Of a DNA stretch of 64,000 nucleotides, positions 35,845 through 47,105 are shown piece by piece. The notes below the pieces were generated by a model that had not been told where the DNA came from, ran no database searches, and worked only from the letters and a program-made list of their open reading frames with translations. The translations under genes and the position numbers were made by a program. The stretch lies in the NCBI GenBank assembly GCA_050331815.1, contig JBHJGM010000002.1, positions 153,627 to 217,626 of the forward strand, written 5' to 3'. Source of the stretch: Opitutales bacterium. Lineage in GTDB: Bacteria; Verrucomicrobiota; Verrucomicrobiia; Opitutales; JBHJGM01. Positions within the stretch are counted from its first letter, which is position 1. Every line of letters starts with the position of its first letter.

Positions 35845-37794
35845 ATGGCTATTAAATTCATAGGCCGTGATTCCGAGATCGATCGCCTTACCCGGGATAT
35901 CGGGCGCGGCTTTCGTGGCAACGGCGTGCCCACGGTCACGTGCGTCTACGGGCCCACCGGTATCGGCAAGTCCGCGTTTCTGGAGTTTTTTTGGGAGCGC
36001 ATCTCCAGCCTGCAAATTCCGTCCGTCTGCATCCGTGCCAAAGTCCCCGCGGAAGGCGCCGACGTGCGCGCCTGGCTGGAAGCGATCACACCGGACATCC
36101 GGGCCAGCCATCCCGCCATTCAAAAGCGCCTGGTCCGCTTTCGCCATGCCTTTGCCCAGAAAATGGCCTACCTCGACCACGGCACGCGACCGCCCTTCGA
36201 CCCGCAGCGTCCCGACGCCGCGCTGTTTGAATGGTGGCTGACCGAGCTGTGCGTCAACCTCATCGACCCGGACCAGAAAGAAGGCCGGCGGATCTCCCAG
36301 GTGCGGCTCTTCTGGTACCTCGACGATTTTGAACGCTGGCCGCCGATTTGTGAAACTTGGTTCGGCGTCTGGCTCCCGCGCGTTTTCAAGGCGCATGCGG
36401 AATCCTGTGAGCAGCGCTTTTTCACGGTGCTCGAAAAGGAACCCGCTGCGGTCACCGGATTTAAGGCTATCTGGGAGCGCGTGGGCGAGGTCACTGCGCC
36501 CATCGAACTGGCACCCTTCAGCAAGCAGCAGACGGCGGCGTTTCTGGAGTCCGCCAACCTGCCTGCCGATCAGCTCGACCATGCCTACGAGACCACCGGC
36601 GGGGTACCGGGACGCCTGGCCGAGTACCTAGACAGTCAGTCGAATGCGGGCAGCGAGCAGGAGGTCTCGCTGGTCGAAGGCGTCTTCAAGGGCAAGAGCC
36701 AGCGGGAGAACCAGTTCATTCTCTGGGCCGCGCACCTGCGTTGGTTCAGCCGCGAGTTTTTGCGATTCTTCGCCGGAAGCACCACCGGCGACGACGCCTT
36801 TGCCTACCTCAAGTTGCGCCTGGAGTTGGAACTGACGCCCACCTCCGGAGGCTATCAGGTAAGCGGGGCGGTGGCCGACGCATTGACTGCCTGGCACAAG
36901 CAGCGCCAGCCCGAAGAGTACGAGGCCTTCGAACGACGGGCTCAAATCTGCATGGACCTGTTTCACTCGGTTGGCAACGCCGCCGATTTGGGGATCCTCT
37001 CGCTGCTGGCCCGCTTTCGTTTCTTCAACAACCAGCTGATCGAACAGATCCTCCCGACCGACTCAAAGACGGTCCGCCTGTTCATCAAGGCCAACCCCCA
37101 CTTCTTTTACGAAACCGAGCACAATCAGGCTGTCGCGGATCCCTTTCGCTCACAGTTCAACGAGTACAACAGTCTGGTTGCTCACCCACAGGAACGCGAG
37201 CTGCGCGAAAAAATCCAGAACGCCTGGAACGAGCGGCGCGACGGTGTGCTGCGCGAGATGCACGAGATCGACGAGTCCATCCAGCGCGAAGAAAAAACCC
37301 TGGAAGGCATCAGCGAGGAACTCAGCAAGATGAACGCTGACAACCGGGCCAAGCGCTTTGACGAAAAGCTGACGGAGTCGCCCGACGTCAAGGTGCAGTT
37401 TGCCGGACCCAGCCCAGCGGGTGGACTGAGCGTTTTCTGCCTGGTGGGCGTCCTCGGGCTTATTTTGGGTGTAATATTCCTTTATATGGGGATCCTTTTC
37501 GCCGATCATTTTTCCATGACCTACTGCGCGGTCGGCGTGATGTGCCTGGTAGTCGGCCTTTCCGTACCGTACCGCCGCCGTCCCCAACCCCGCTCCGCTC
37601 CGATCGCCGCCGTGTCCAAACCTCGACCCAAAGCGCCACCTCCGCCGCCTTCCGATTCGAATCAGCGTCTGCTCAATATGAAACTGACCAACCTCGAGAA
37701 CAAACGATCGCTCATCATCGAATCGCTGGCGCGCCAACGCCAACGCCTGGCCGAACTCGACAGCCTGCTCTGCGAACCGTACGCCAACGCGTAA
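35845..37794 (+). CDS. membrane-anchored P-loop NTPase (AAA_16/STAND-like N-terminus, coiled coil, TM hairpin, Pro-rich/coiled-coil tail)
   Basis: FIGRDSEIDRL lead-in, Walker A GPTGIGKS (nt 35950-35973), Walker B-like RLFWYLDDFE. Also a coiled coil (ELREKIQNAWNERRDGVLREMHEIDESIQREEKTLEGISEELSKM), two adjacent TM helices (LSVFCLVGVLGLILGVIFLYMGILF; YCAVGVMCLVVGLSV) and a PKAPPPPPS tail. Confidence 0.6.
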   Translation: MAIKFIGRDSEIDRLTRDIGRGFRGNGVPTVTCVYGPTGIGKSAFLEFFWERISSLQIPSVCIRAKVPAEGADVRAWLEAITPDIRASHPAIQKRLVRFRHAFAQKMAYLDHGTRPPFDPQRPDAALFEWWLTELCVNLIDPDQKEGRRISQVRLFWYLDDFERWPPICETWFGVWLPRVFKAHAESCEQRFFTVLEKEPAAVTGFKAIWERVGEVTAPIELAPFSKQQTAAFLESANLPADQLDHAYETTGGVPGRLAEYLDSQSNAGSEQEVSLVEGVFKGKSQRENQFILWAAHLRWFSREFLRFFAGSTTGDDAFAYLKLRLELELTPTSGGYQVSGAVADALTAWHKQRQPEEYEAFERRAQICMDLFHSVGNAADLGILSLLARFRFFNNQLIEQILPTDSKTVRLFIKANPHFFYETEHNQAVADPFRSQFNEYNSLVAHPQERELREKIQNAWNERRDGVLREMHEIDESIQREEKTLEGISEELSKMNADNRAKRFDEKLTESPDVKVQFAGPSPAGGLSVFCLVGVLGLILGVIFLYMGILFADHFSMTYCAVGVMCLVVGLSVPYRRRPQPRSAPIAAVSKPRPKAPPPPPSDSNQRLLNMKLTNLENKRSLIIESLARQRQRLAELDSLLCEPYANA

Positions 37795-37834
37795 GCGGTC
37801 AGCCTCACACTAACTTTCAGGCGAACGGATACTT

Positions 37835-38356
37835 GTGGGCGGCGCTCCTTCCATTGGCGGAATTTTTACCCAGCGTATCGTGGTGGGCGTGGGGGACCAG
37901 GCGGTCTCCAACAACGCCACGGCCACGGTCAGCACCTACGCGCTGGGCTCCTGCGTGGCGGTGGTCACCTTCGACAAGGGTACTGGGGTGGGGGGCATCC
38001 TGCACGTGATGCTACCCGAGTCGAAGCTCTCGCCGGACAAGGCACGCAATCAGCCTGCCATGTTCGCAGATACAGGTCTACGCGTGTTCTTTCGCGATCT
38101 GCAGGGCCTGGGCGCGAACACCCGCAACCAGCGCATCGTGCTCGCCGGCGGTGCCGCGGTGCTCAGCGGCAGCGACAGTTTCAAGATTGGCGAACGCAAC
38201 ACGGCGGCCATCCGCCAGATCCTCAACGGCGCGGGCCTGCGTGCCTGTTTTGAGGATGTCGGCGGCGTGACCAACCGCACCCTCCACCTCACGCTCTCCA
38301 ATGGCACCCTCGAAATCAAGATGCCTTCGGGTAATCGCTACGTGGAGATGGCATGA
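37835..38356 (+). CDS. cheD: chemoreceptor glutamine deamidase CheD (GTG start)
   Basis: VSTYALGSCVAVVTFDKGTGVGGILHVMLPES and IGERNTAAIRQIL motifs. 173 aa. Confidence 0.85.
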   Translation: MGGAPSIGGIFTQRIVVGVGDQAVSNNATATVSTYALGSCVAVVTFDKGTGVGGILHVMLPESKLSPDKARNQPAMFADTGLRVFFRDLQGLGANTRNQRIVLAGGAAVLSGSDSFKIGERNTAAIRQILNGAGLRACFEDVGGVTNRTLHLTLSNGTLEIKMPSGNRYVEMA

Positions 38357-39210
38357 CACTCGAATCACTTATCAAACAAACCGAGAAGCTCCTGCCTAGC
38401 CCGCAGGTGCTGCCGCGTTTGCTCACCGTACTCGAAAGCGATGACGCCTGCGCCTGGGACATCGTCGACTTGGTCAAGCTCGACGCCGCCCTGACCACGC
38501 AAGTCCTCGCCCTGAGCAACAGCGCCTTTTACGGCTTTGCCAGCACAAGCACCGATCTGGAGGAAGCCGTCAACCGACTCGGCTTCCGCGAATTGTACAA
38601 GCTCGTCAGCCTGGTGCTTTGCCGCAAGCTGATCGGCAAGGATAGCCTCGAAGCGTACCTGCTCGCCGAGGGCCAGCTCTGGGAGCATTCTCTCGCCACT
38701 GCCGTGGCCGCCGAAAACATCGCTGGGCTGGCCGCTGAGGATTCCTCACTGGCTTATACGGTCGGTTTGATGCATTGCATCGGCAAGCTGGCTATCAACC
38801 AGTTGGGCTCCGGACACTACGAAGCAGTCTACCGTAAAATCGAGGAGGAGAACCTCACCATGCTCGAAGCCGAGCGCGCCGTCATGGGCTTCGACCATGC
38901 CGAGGCCACCGCCGCGCTGCTGCGTCACTGGAATTTTCCGGAGGAGGCCTGGAAACCGATCCAGCACCAGTACGTGCCCGCAGAGGCCGTCGCCCACAAG
39001 GGCATGACCGCGGTGCTGCACACGGCTGTTTACGTGGCCGCCATCACCGGTACGAACCATGGCCGCGACGCCTGGGCCTTCCGTTTGGACGACAACGCTT
39101 TGAAGATGGCCCGCCAGACGCCCGAGTCGATTCAGGAGATCGTCATCCAGGTCGTCGAGCGTCTGGAGACCGTCAAGGGCCTGATCGGCACCAACGCGAA
39201 CAACAAGTAA
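38353..39210 (+). CDS. HDOD domain protein
   Basis: LPSPQVLPRLLTVLESDDACAWDIVDLVKLDAALTTQVLALSNSAFYGF...GLMHCIGKLAI...GFDHAEATAALLRHWNFPEE. ATGA overlap with cheD. Confidence 0.8.
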   Translation: MTLESLIKQTEKLLPSPQVLPRLLTVLESDDACAWDIVDLVKLDAALTTQVLALSNSAFYGFASTSTDLEEAVNRLGFRELYKLVSLVLCRKLIGKDSLEAYLLAEGQLWEHSLATAVAAENIAGLAAEDSSLAYTVGLMHCIGKLAINQLGSGHYEAVYRKIEEENLTMLEAERAVMGFDHAEATAALLRHWNFPEEAWKPIQHQYVPAEAVAHKGMTAVLHTAVYVAAITGTNHGRDAWAFRLDDNALKMARQTPESIQEIVIQVVERLETVKGLIGTNANNK

Positions 39211-39231
39211 ATCCGCTTTACGCTCAACGTT

Positions 39232-40164
39232 ATGCTGTCTGCCCGCAAAAAGGAACCCACCACGCTCGCCGACCAGCCGGTGGGCGATCTCGATGTGCTG
39301 AAGCAGAAGGTCGACGATTGCCCGATGCTGCCCTCGCTGCGGCGCATCGGCGAGTCCCTTAAAGAACTGCTCGAAGGCGAGAACGCGACCTCGGCCTCCA
39401 TCGCTGAAATCGTCGAACGCGACCCCAGTCTTTCCACCCGCGTGATGAAGATCGTCAATTCGGCGCTCTTCGGTCTGTCCCGGAAGGTCGAGGCCATCGA
39501 GGACGCCGTCTTTTACCTGGGTGTGCGCCAGATTCGCGAGCTGGCCATGAGCCTGCCGGTTATCGACGAAACCTCTTCAATGTGCGCGGGCAGCGCCTCG
39601 GGAGCCACCTGGCAAAGTTTCTGGGAGCACAGCCTTGCCGTGGCCGTGACCAATCGCGAAATCCACGGTTTGGCCAATTTGAACGAGGAGTTCGATGTCG
39701 GTTACATTTCCGGGCTGGTCCACAACATTGGGCTGATCGCCCAGGCGCAGATTTTTCCGGTCGAGTTCGCGCGCAACCTCGCGTTGCCCCCGTTGGATAG
39801 TGCGCAGGCCTTCACCGCTTTTGAACGCGAAAACATCGGTTGGGACCACGGCCTGATCGGTTCATTTTACCTGGCGCGGCACCAGATGGGTGCGGAGATT
39901 CTCGAGAGCGTGCAGTTCCACGTCGCGCCGAGTTTGGCCGTGGAACATCCTAAGTTTGCCGCCGCCGTCGAGCTTGCCGAGTCCATTGCGCGCTGCAGCG
40001 GCCTGATCGGAGCCGAGCCCATCGAGCTGCCCCATCAGGACGACTGGACGCGTTCCAACTCCCTCGAAATCCTCTTTCCGGAAGAGAGCATTCGCACCCG
40101 CGCGGTGGAGCGGCTCGAGCGTTTTGCCGGCAAGCTGCCGCTGGCGCTCGACGTTTTGAAGTAG
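39232..40164 (+). CDS. HDOD domain protein (second copy)
   Basis: LPSLRRIGESLKELLEGENATSASIAEIVERDPSLSTRVMKIVNSALFGL...GLVHNIGLIAQ...GWDHGLIGSFYLARHQMG. Confidence 0.8.
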   Translation: MLSARKKEPTTLADQPVGDLDVLKQKVDDCPMLPSLRRIGESLKELLEGENATSASIAEIVERDPSLSTRVMKIVNSALFGLSRKVEAIEDAVFYLGVRQIRELAMSLPVIDETSSMCAGSASGATWQSFWEHSLAVAVTNREIHGLANLNEEFDVGYISGLVHNIGLIAQAQIFPVEFARNLALPPLDSAQAFTAFERENIGWDHGLIGSFYLARHQMGAEILESVQFHVAPSLAVEHPKFAAAVELAESIARCSGLIGAEPIELPHQDDWTRSNSLEILFPEESIRTRAVERLERFAGKLPLALDVLK

Positions 40165-40207
40165 CGCCGGCTGCCCTGCGGGTGGGAACGATACCCGGGG
40201 CCAGATC

Positions 40208-40414
40208 CTACCGACAGCGCGCGACGAAAAAGCGCTGCGAAGTACCTTGGCTGCCCACGCGTACCCGCACGGATTTCCCGCAACTGGGGCAGCAACCGGT
40301 GTACGCGCTGCCGTCCGGCAGACGATACAGCCTGCCGTAGACGGAGCAATCGGCAAAGTAAACCCCGAGGAAGGGCTTTGCGGAGGCTCCGGCTGAGGGC
40401 GCTTGTGTTTTCAT
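40208..40414 (-). CDS. hypothetical small Cys-containing protein (possible zinc-ribbon-like)
   Basis: 68 aa from the internal ATG: MKTQAPSAGASAKPFLGVYFADCSVYGRLYRLPDGSAYTGCCPSCGKSVRVRVGS.... Cys at C-x17-CC-x2-C. Convergent with the HDOD genes. ORF evidence only. Confidence 0.3.
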   Translation of the reverse strand: MKTQAPSAGASAKPFLGVYFADCSVYGRLYRLPDGSAYTGCCPSCGKSVRVRVGSQGTSQRFFVARCR

Positions 40415-40496
40415 TTGGTGGGGAAATCGGCACATTTTCACCGATTGTTAATCTTTTTTACATATTTTCTTACGTCGATGTGATTGGGCTAGAGGC

Positions 40497-40523
40497 TAAA
40501 GCCAGTCTCTCCAACTCCGATTA
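40497..40523 (+). promoter_or_regulatory. sigma-28 (FliA)-type promoter candidate upstream of cheW
   Basis: TAAA-N15-TCCGATTA versus TAAA-N15-GCCGATAA (4/4 and 6/8). 50 nt upstream of the cheW ATG, in an AT-rich gap. Confidence 0.4.
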
Positions 40524-40573
40524 GGGCTCTAACAAACCGATTTTCTTTCAACGCAGAGCTTACACACCGAGCC

Positions 40574-41086
40574 ATGTCCGCATCGACCGCTACCGAGACC
40601 GCCACCGAAACCAAGAAAAACACCCACCGCGCCACTGTCGCCGAAAAGTACCTCACCTTTACCCTGGGCGCGGAGACTTACGGCCTGGCCGTTTTGCGCA
40701 TCAAGGAGATCATTCAGCATCAGCAGATTACCGCAGTGCCTCAGGTGCCTAGCTACATTAAGGGCGTGCTCAATCTGCGTGGTAAGGTCATCCCCGTGAT
40801 CGACATGCGAGTGAAGTTTTGCCTCGGCCACGAGCAGGTCGACGAGCGCACCTGTATCATTGTGGTGCAGGTTCAGTGTGAAAACCGCGGGCAGGTTTTG
40901 GTTGGCCTCATCGTGGATGCCGTCGAGGAGGTACTCAACATCAACGCCGCGCAGATCGAGGAGAAGCCCGACCTGGGCGGACGCGTCGACAATCAGTTCA
41001 TCCACGGCATCGCCAAGGTCGAGGGGAAGGTCAAAACCCTCCTCGATATCGAGACGATCATCCTCGGCGAGAACATGCAGTTCTAA
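40574..41086 (+). CDS. cheW: chemotaxis coupling protein CheW
   Basis: KYLTFTLGAETYGLAVLRIKEIIQHQQITAVPQVPSYIKGVLNLRGKVIPVIDMRVKF. 170 aa. Confidence 0.9.
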   Translation: MSASTATETATETKKNTHRATVAEKYLTFTLGAETYGLAVLRIKEIIQHQQITAVPQVPSYIKGVLNLRGKVIPVIDMRVKFCLGHEQVDERTCIIVVQVQCENRGQVLVGLIVDAVEEVLNINAAQIEEKPDLGGRVDNQFIHGIAKVEGKVKTLLDIETIILGENMQF

Positions 41087-41139
41087 GGCCAGGCTTTTAA
41101 CACTTTTACACTTGCTTCCGCAGGAAGTGGGATGGGGAG

Positions 41140-41178
41140 AAAATCTCCGGCGTCACCATGCGCCGGAGATTTTGTTTT
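41140..41178 (+). terminator. rho-independent terminator after cheW
   Basis: Perfect 13-bp stem AAAATCTCCGGCG / CGCCGGAGATTTT, 8-nt loop, followed by GTTTT. The A-tract upstream makes it potentially bidirectional. Confidence 0.75.
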
Positions 41179-41222
41179 AACTTCCTGTAAAAAGCCATGC
41201 CCGCTGGGCGATCACTGCTTGG

Positions 41223-41238
41223 TGGCATCGACGCTGCT
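41223..41238 (+). promoter_or_regulatory. candidate sigma-54 promoter upstream of the 175-aa hypothetical ORF
   Basis: TGGCAT-cgacg-CTGCT with correct GG/GC spacing, ~70 nt upstream of the ATG at 41307. Same -12 variant (CTGCT) as the flgF candidate. Confidence 0.4.
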
Positions 41239-41306
41239 CCTATGCAGGCAGATTCCCCGATGGCAGATTCTGCCTGCCTTCGACTTCCTCAAGACCCTGA
41301 CTGCTG

Positions 41307-41834
41307 ATGTACCCGATCCTCGCTTCCGGCCTGATGGCCGCCGGACACCGCCTCCTCGAAGGCGTCATTGCCCCCACCGCCCAGCGCGCGCTCAACGCTG
41401 TCGGCGAGGCCTTCTCCGGAGAATCCATCCAGGCCCCCACGCAGGCAAAAGCGGTCTCCCCGCTCAGCCAGCGCCTGTCCGCTCAGGGCGTGACCGATGC
41501 CCAGGGGCTGGCCAATCATCGCTTTCACCTGCAACAGCAGTTGCTGCAGCATCCGGAAGTCCGTTCCTTCCTGGACCAATTCGATCCGGGTGCCGGCATC
41601 AGTCTGAGCCTTGAACAGGGTTCGCTCTTTACGCTCAAGGGACCCGATGGTCGCTCCTTGAGTTTTCCGGCGGATTCGGAACTCGGCCAGCTCGCCATGG
41701 AATTGCATCAGGTGGCCAGCGTCGACGAGGCGCTCAAGCAGCAACCCGGGCTTTCGCTCTTTGATGTGGCGGACCAGGTGTCCGAAGCGCCCGGGCTGCA
41801 AGCCAACTGGGTGCTGCGCTCAAGTATCGCCTGA
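41307..41834 (+). CDS. hypothetical protein (175 aa)
   Basis: ORF with high GC3. No TM helix and no motif recognised (…RFHLQQQLLQHPEVRSFLDQFDPGAGISLSLEQGSLFTLKGPDGRSLSFPADSELGQLAMELHQ…). Confidence 0.45.
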   Translation: MYPILASGLMAAGHRLLEGVIAPTAQRALNAVGEAFSGESIQAPTQAKAVSPLSQRLSAQGVTDAQGLANHRFHLQQQLLQHPEVRSFLDQFDPGAGISLSLEQGSLFTLKGPDGRSLSFPADSELGQLAMELHQVASVDEALKQQPGLSLFDVADQVSEAPGLQANWVLRSSIA

Positions 41835-41906
41835 ACTCGCTTCGGCGTTTCCCACAGCTGAATTCTTCGCTTCACCTGGCGACGGCTACGTCCGTCGCGG
41901 CTGCGT

Positions 41907-45044
<3,138 letters not shown>

Positions 45045-45218
45045 ATGAAGGTTGGTGGCGCTGATCCCAGGCTGTACGAAATCCGCGCGCCGAAACGCCC
45101 GCCTTTTGCCAGGTGAAAGGCGCTTCTTATAAGTCGCCCGCCGGGACAGGACCTTTACGGCTGCACGCCCCTAATCATGCATTTGAACGGAATTTGCATA
45201 CCGTTCAAAATCAATAGG

Positions 45219-46073
45219 TTATTGGACCGGCTGAGCGCTCGTGGCGATACTCAGTCCTTCGGTAAGCGGACTGTAAGTGTCACCGTAGTACAGGATACGT
45301 GTATGCCCTTCCAGGTGCACAGGTCCAAGTCCTTCGATGACCGCGTAGGCCTGCCTGGAATCCTGCTGAAATTCGTACGGCTCGCGGTTGAGCAGGACCC
45401 ACTTCAGACCCGCATCCGTGTCGGAGCACTGATACAGAGACGCTTCCCCCTTGGGCGAAAGCTCAATGCGTCGATGCCCGTGACCTTCGCCCGTGACCCA
45501 GACCTTGCAAAAGTCCTGACGAAAAACTTCGAGAATCTTGGAATCGCCGATGGGTTTGGCTTCAACGGTCTCTTCCAGGCTGCGTCGCTCGAGGCTTCCT
45601 TTCACGCTCCAGCCGATCAGCATAAAGCCAAAGATCAGCAGGCACACGCCGATGGATTTGCACTCCTTGAGACTGCGATACTTGCGGCGTTTTTTCGCGG
45701 GAAGATTGTCTGCCGGTTCATCCAGAACCGCGCGGGGCCTCACCCCATTGAGCATATCGGCAAAGGCCTGCGGTGTGACCGGCAGGTTCGAGCGGTTGGG
45801 ATCTCCGGGCACGCTGGCAAAGAGCTGTGCGCCTGTACGCTCGATGCGGTACTCGATGGTGTCCGAGCGCAGGCGTAGCTGCACCTCACACGTTGCCGGA
45901 ACCTTGGCCTGCAGCAGATTATCCAACCACTGCGCGATCTGCGGCGTATCCATCTCTCCGAGGGACTCCGGCAGAGCCGGGCCTTCTGGCGGCGTTAAAT
46001 CCCTGGTCAGCCCATGCAGTGTAACCGCCCACAGGTGACGCGTCGATTCACCAACTGGGGGCTGAGGTTCCAT
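45219..46073 (-). CDS. hypothetical single-pass membrane protein
   Basis: ORF with a central TM helix (IGVCLLIFGFMLIGW) preceded by a KKRRKYR stop-transfer patch. Downstream of and overlapping the pseudopilin-like gene. Start uncertain (46121 or 46073). Confidence 0.4.
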   Translation of the reverse strand: MEPQPPVGESTRHLWAVTLHGLTRDLTPPEGPALPESLGEMDTPQIAQWLDNLLQAKVPATCEVQLRLRSDTIEYRIERTGAQLFASVPGDPNRSNLPVTPQAFADMLNGVRPRAVLDEPADNLPAKKRRKYRSLKECKSIGVCLLIFGFMLIGWSVKGSLERRSLEETVEAKPIGDSKILEVFRQDFCKVWVTGEGHGHRRIELSPKGEASLYQCSDTDAGLKWVLLNREPYEFQQDSRQAYAVIEGLGPVHLEGHTRILYYGDTYSPLTEGLSIATSAQPVQ

Positions 46074-46620
46074 TCTTATCGTGTTCCTTGGCGATTGCTT
46101 GATAGGAGGCGTAGGTGCCATCCAGGATCAGGATGGGCATGTTTTGAAAACCCTGACGAAAGTTGCCGGTCGAGAGGTTGCCGTCGTCGATGGCCTGATC
46201 GATGGCGGCCAGTTGCTCGGGGCTGGCGCGCACCGGTACCTGCGCCGTGCCCGAGCTATAGTCACCGATGGAGATCACGGCGGGCCAGGGCACGCCGCTG
46301 TGCAAGCGCAAGCTGTCGAAGAAAAAGCTCCCGCCCAGGCTGCTGGACTCTTCCCAGCCGCTGCCCTCAAGGTATGACTCCATGCCGCTCGGAAACGACT
46401 GGTCCCGCGGTTGATCGGGTGGCCAGGCGCCGTTTTCCGTGCGGTAGGTTTCAAAAGCGCCGCTGAAGGTGCGCAGATCCGCCATGAACTTGGCGTTTTG
46501 CGCGCTTTCAAGATGCGTCTTGAAAAGCGGCACCGCGATCGCGAGCATGATTCCAATCAAGGCGACCACTGCTGCGATTTCGACAAGGGTAAACCCCCTT
46601 TTACTGGATTTCGGTGACAT
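46048..46620 (-). CDS. prepilin-type N-terminal cleavage/methylation domain protein (pseudopilin-like)
   Basis: KRGFTLVEIAAVVALIGIMLAIAVPLF is the class III signal/N-methylation motif. Start chosen at the internal ATG at 46620. Confidence 0.75.
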   Translation of the reverse strand: MSPKSSKRGFTLVEIAAVVALIGIMLAIAVPLFKTHLESAQNAKFMADLRTFSGAFETYRTENGAWPPDQPRDQSFPSGMESYLEGSGWEESSSLGGSFFFDSLRLHSGVPWPAVISIGDYSSGTAQVPVRASPEQLAAIDQAIDDGNLSTGNFRQGFQNMPILILDGTYASYQAIAKEHDKNGTSAPSW

Positions 46621-46715
46621 GTCCCTGCGGCAGCCAAATCCAGGAAACTCCCGTTCAGCCAATTATCTAATGTCGTTTACCCTGCGTAGATATTAAATCC
46701 GTCTGCCTTCCGCGT

Positions 46716-47105
46716 GTGACTTACTGGGGCTATCATCTCATTTTCACTTTGCCGCTGATCGCGTTGTTGCTGTGGTTCGGGCGCCATCGTCTGCGGCGCG
46801 CGCACTTTCTGGTGATCGCGGTGGTTGCGCTGATCGCCTTCACTTACACAACGCCCTGGGATAATTACGCGGTCTGGCTGGGTATCTGGAGCTTTGGCGA
46901 AAATGTCTCCCTGGGCTACCCGCTGAGCAATTGGGCGGCTTCTGCGGAAAATCCCGACGGCTCGACCCTCGTGGGGCACATCCCCTTCGAGGAGTACAGC
47001 TTCTTCATCATCGAAACCGTCCTGGTCTGCCTGTTGGCCGTGTTCTTTTTGCCCAAGCCCGAAGCTGCTTCAAGTTCCGGCAAGCCGCCCCCCGCCAAAC
47101 CGTGA
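46716..47105 (+). CDS. lycopene cyclase domain-containing membrane protein (single CrtYc/d-like domain, GTG start)
   Basis: 129 aa, three TM helices. TPWDNYAVWLGIWSF and IPFEEYSFFIIETVLV resemble the heterodimeric lycopene cyclase domain motifs. Confidence 0.6.
   Translation: MTYWGYHLIFTLPLIALLLWFGRHRLRRAHFLVIAVVALIAFTYTTPWDNYAVWLGIWSFGENVSLGYPLSNWAASAENPDGSTLVGHIPFEEYSFFIIETVLVCLLAVFFLPKPEAASSSGKPPPAKP

Noticed and set aside
46931-47101. Upstream extension of the beta-propeller ORF (tracked start 46931)
   Set aside because: It overlaps the lycopene-cyclase-domain gene in another frame. The GTG at 47102 forms a GTGA stop/start junction, and the propeller-like sequence begins right there.
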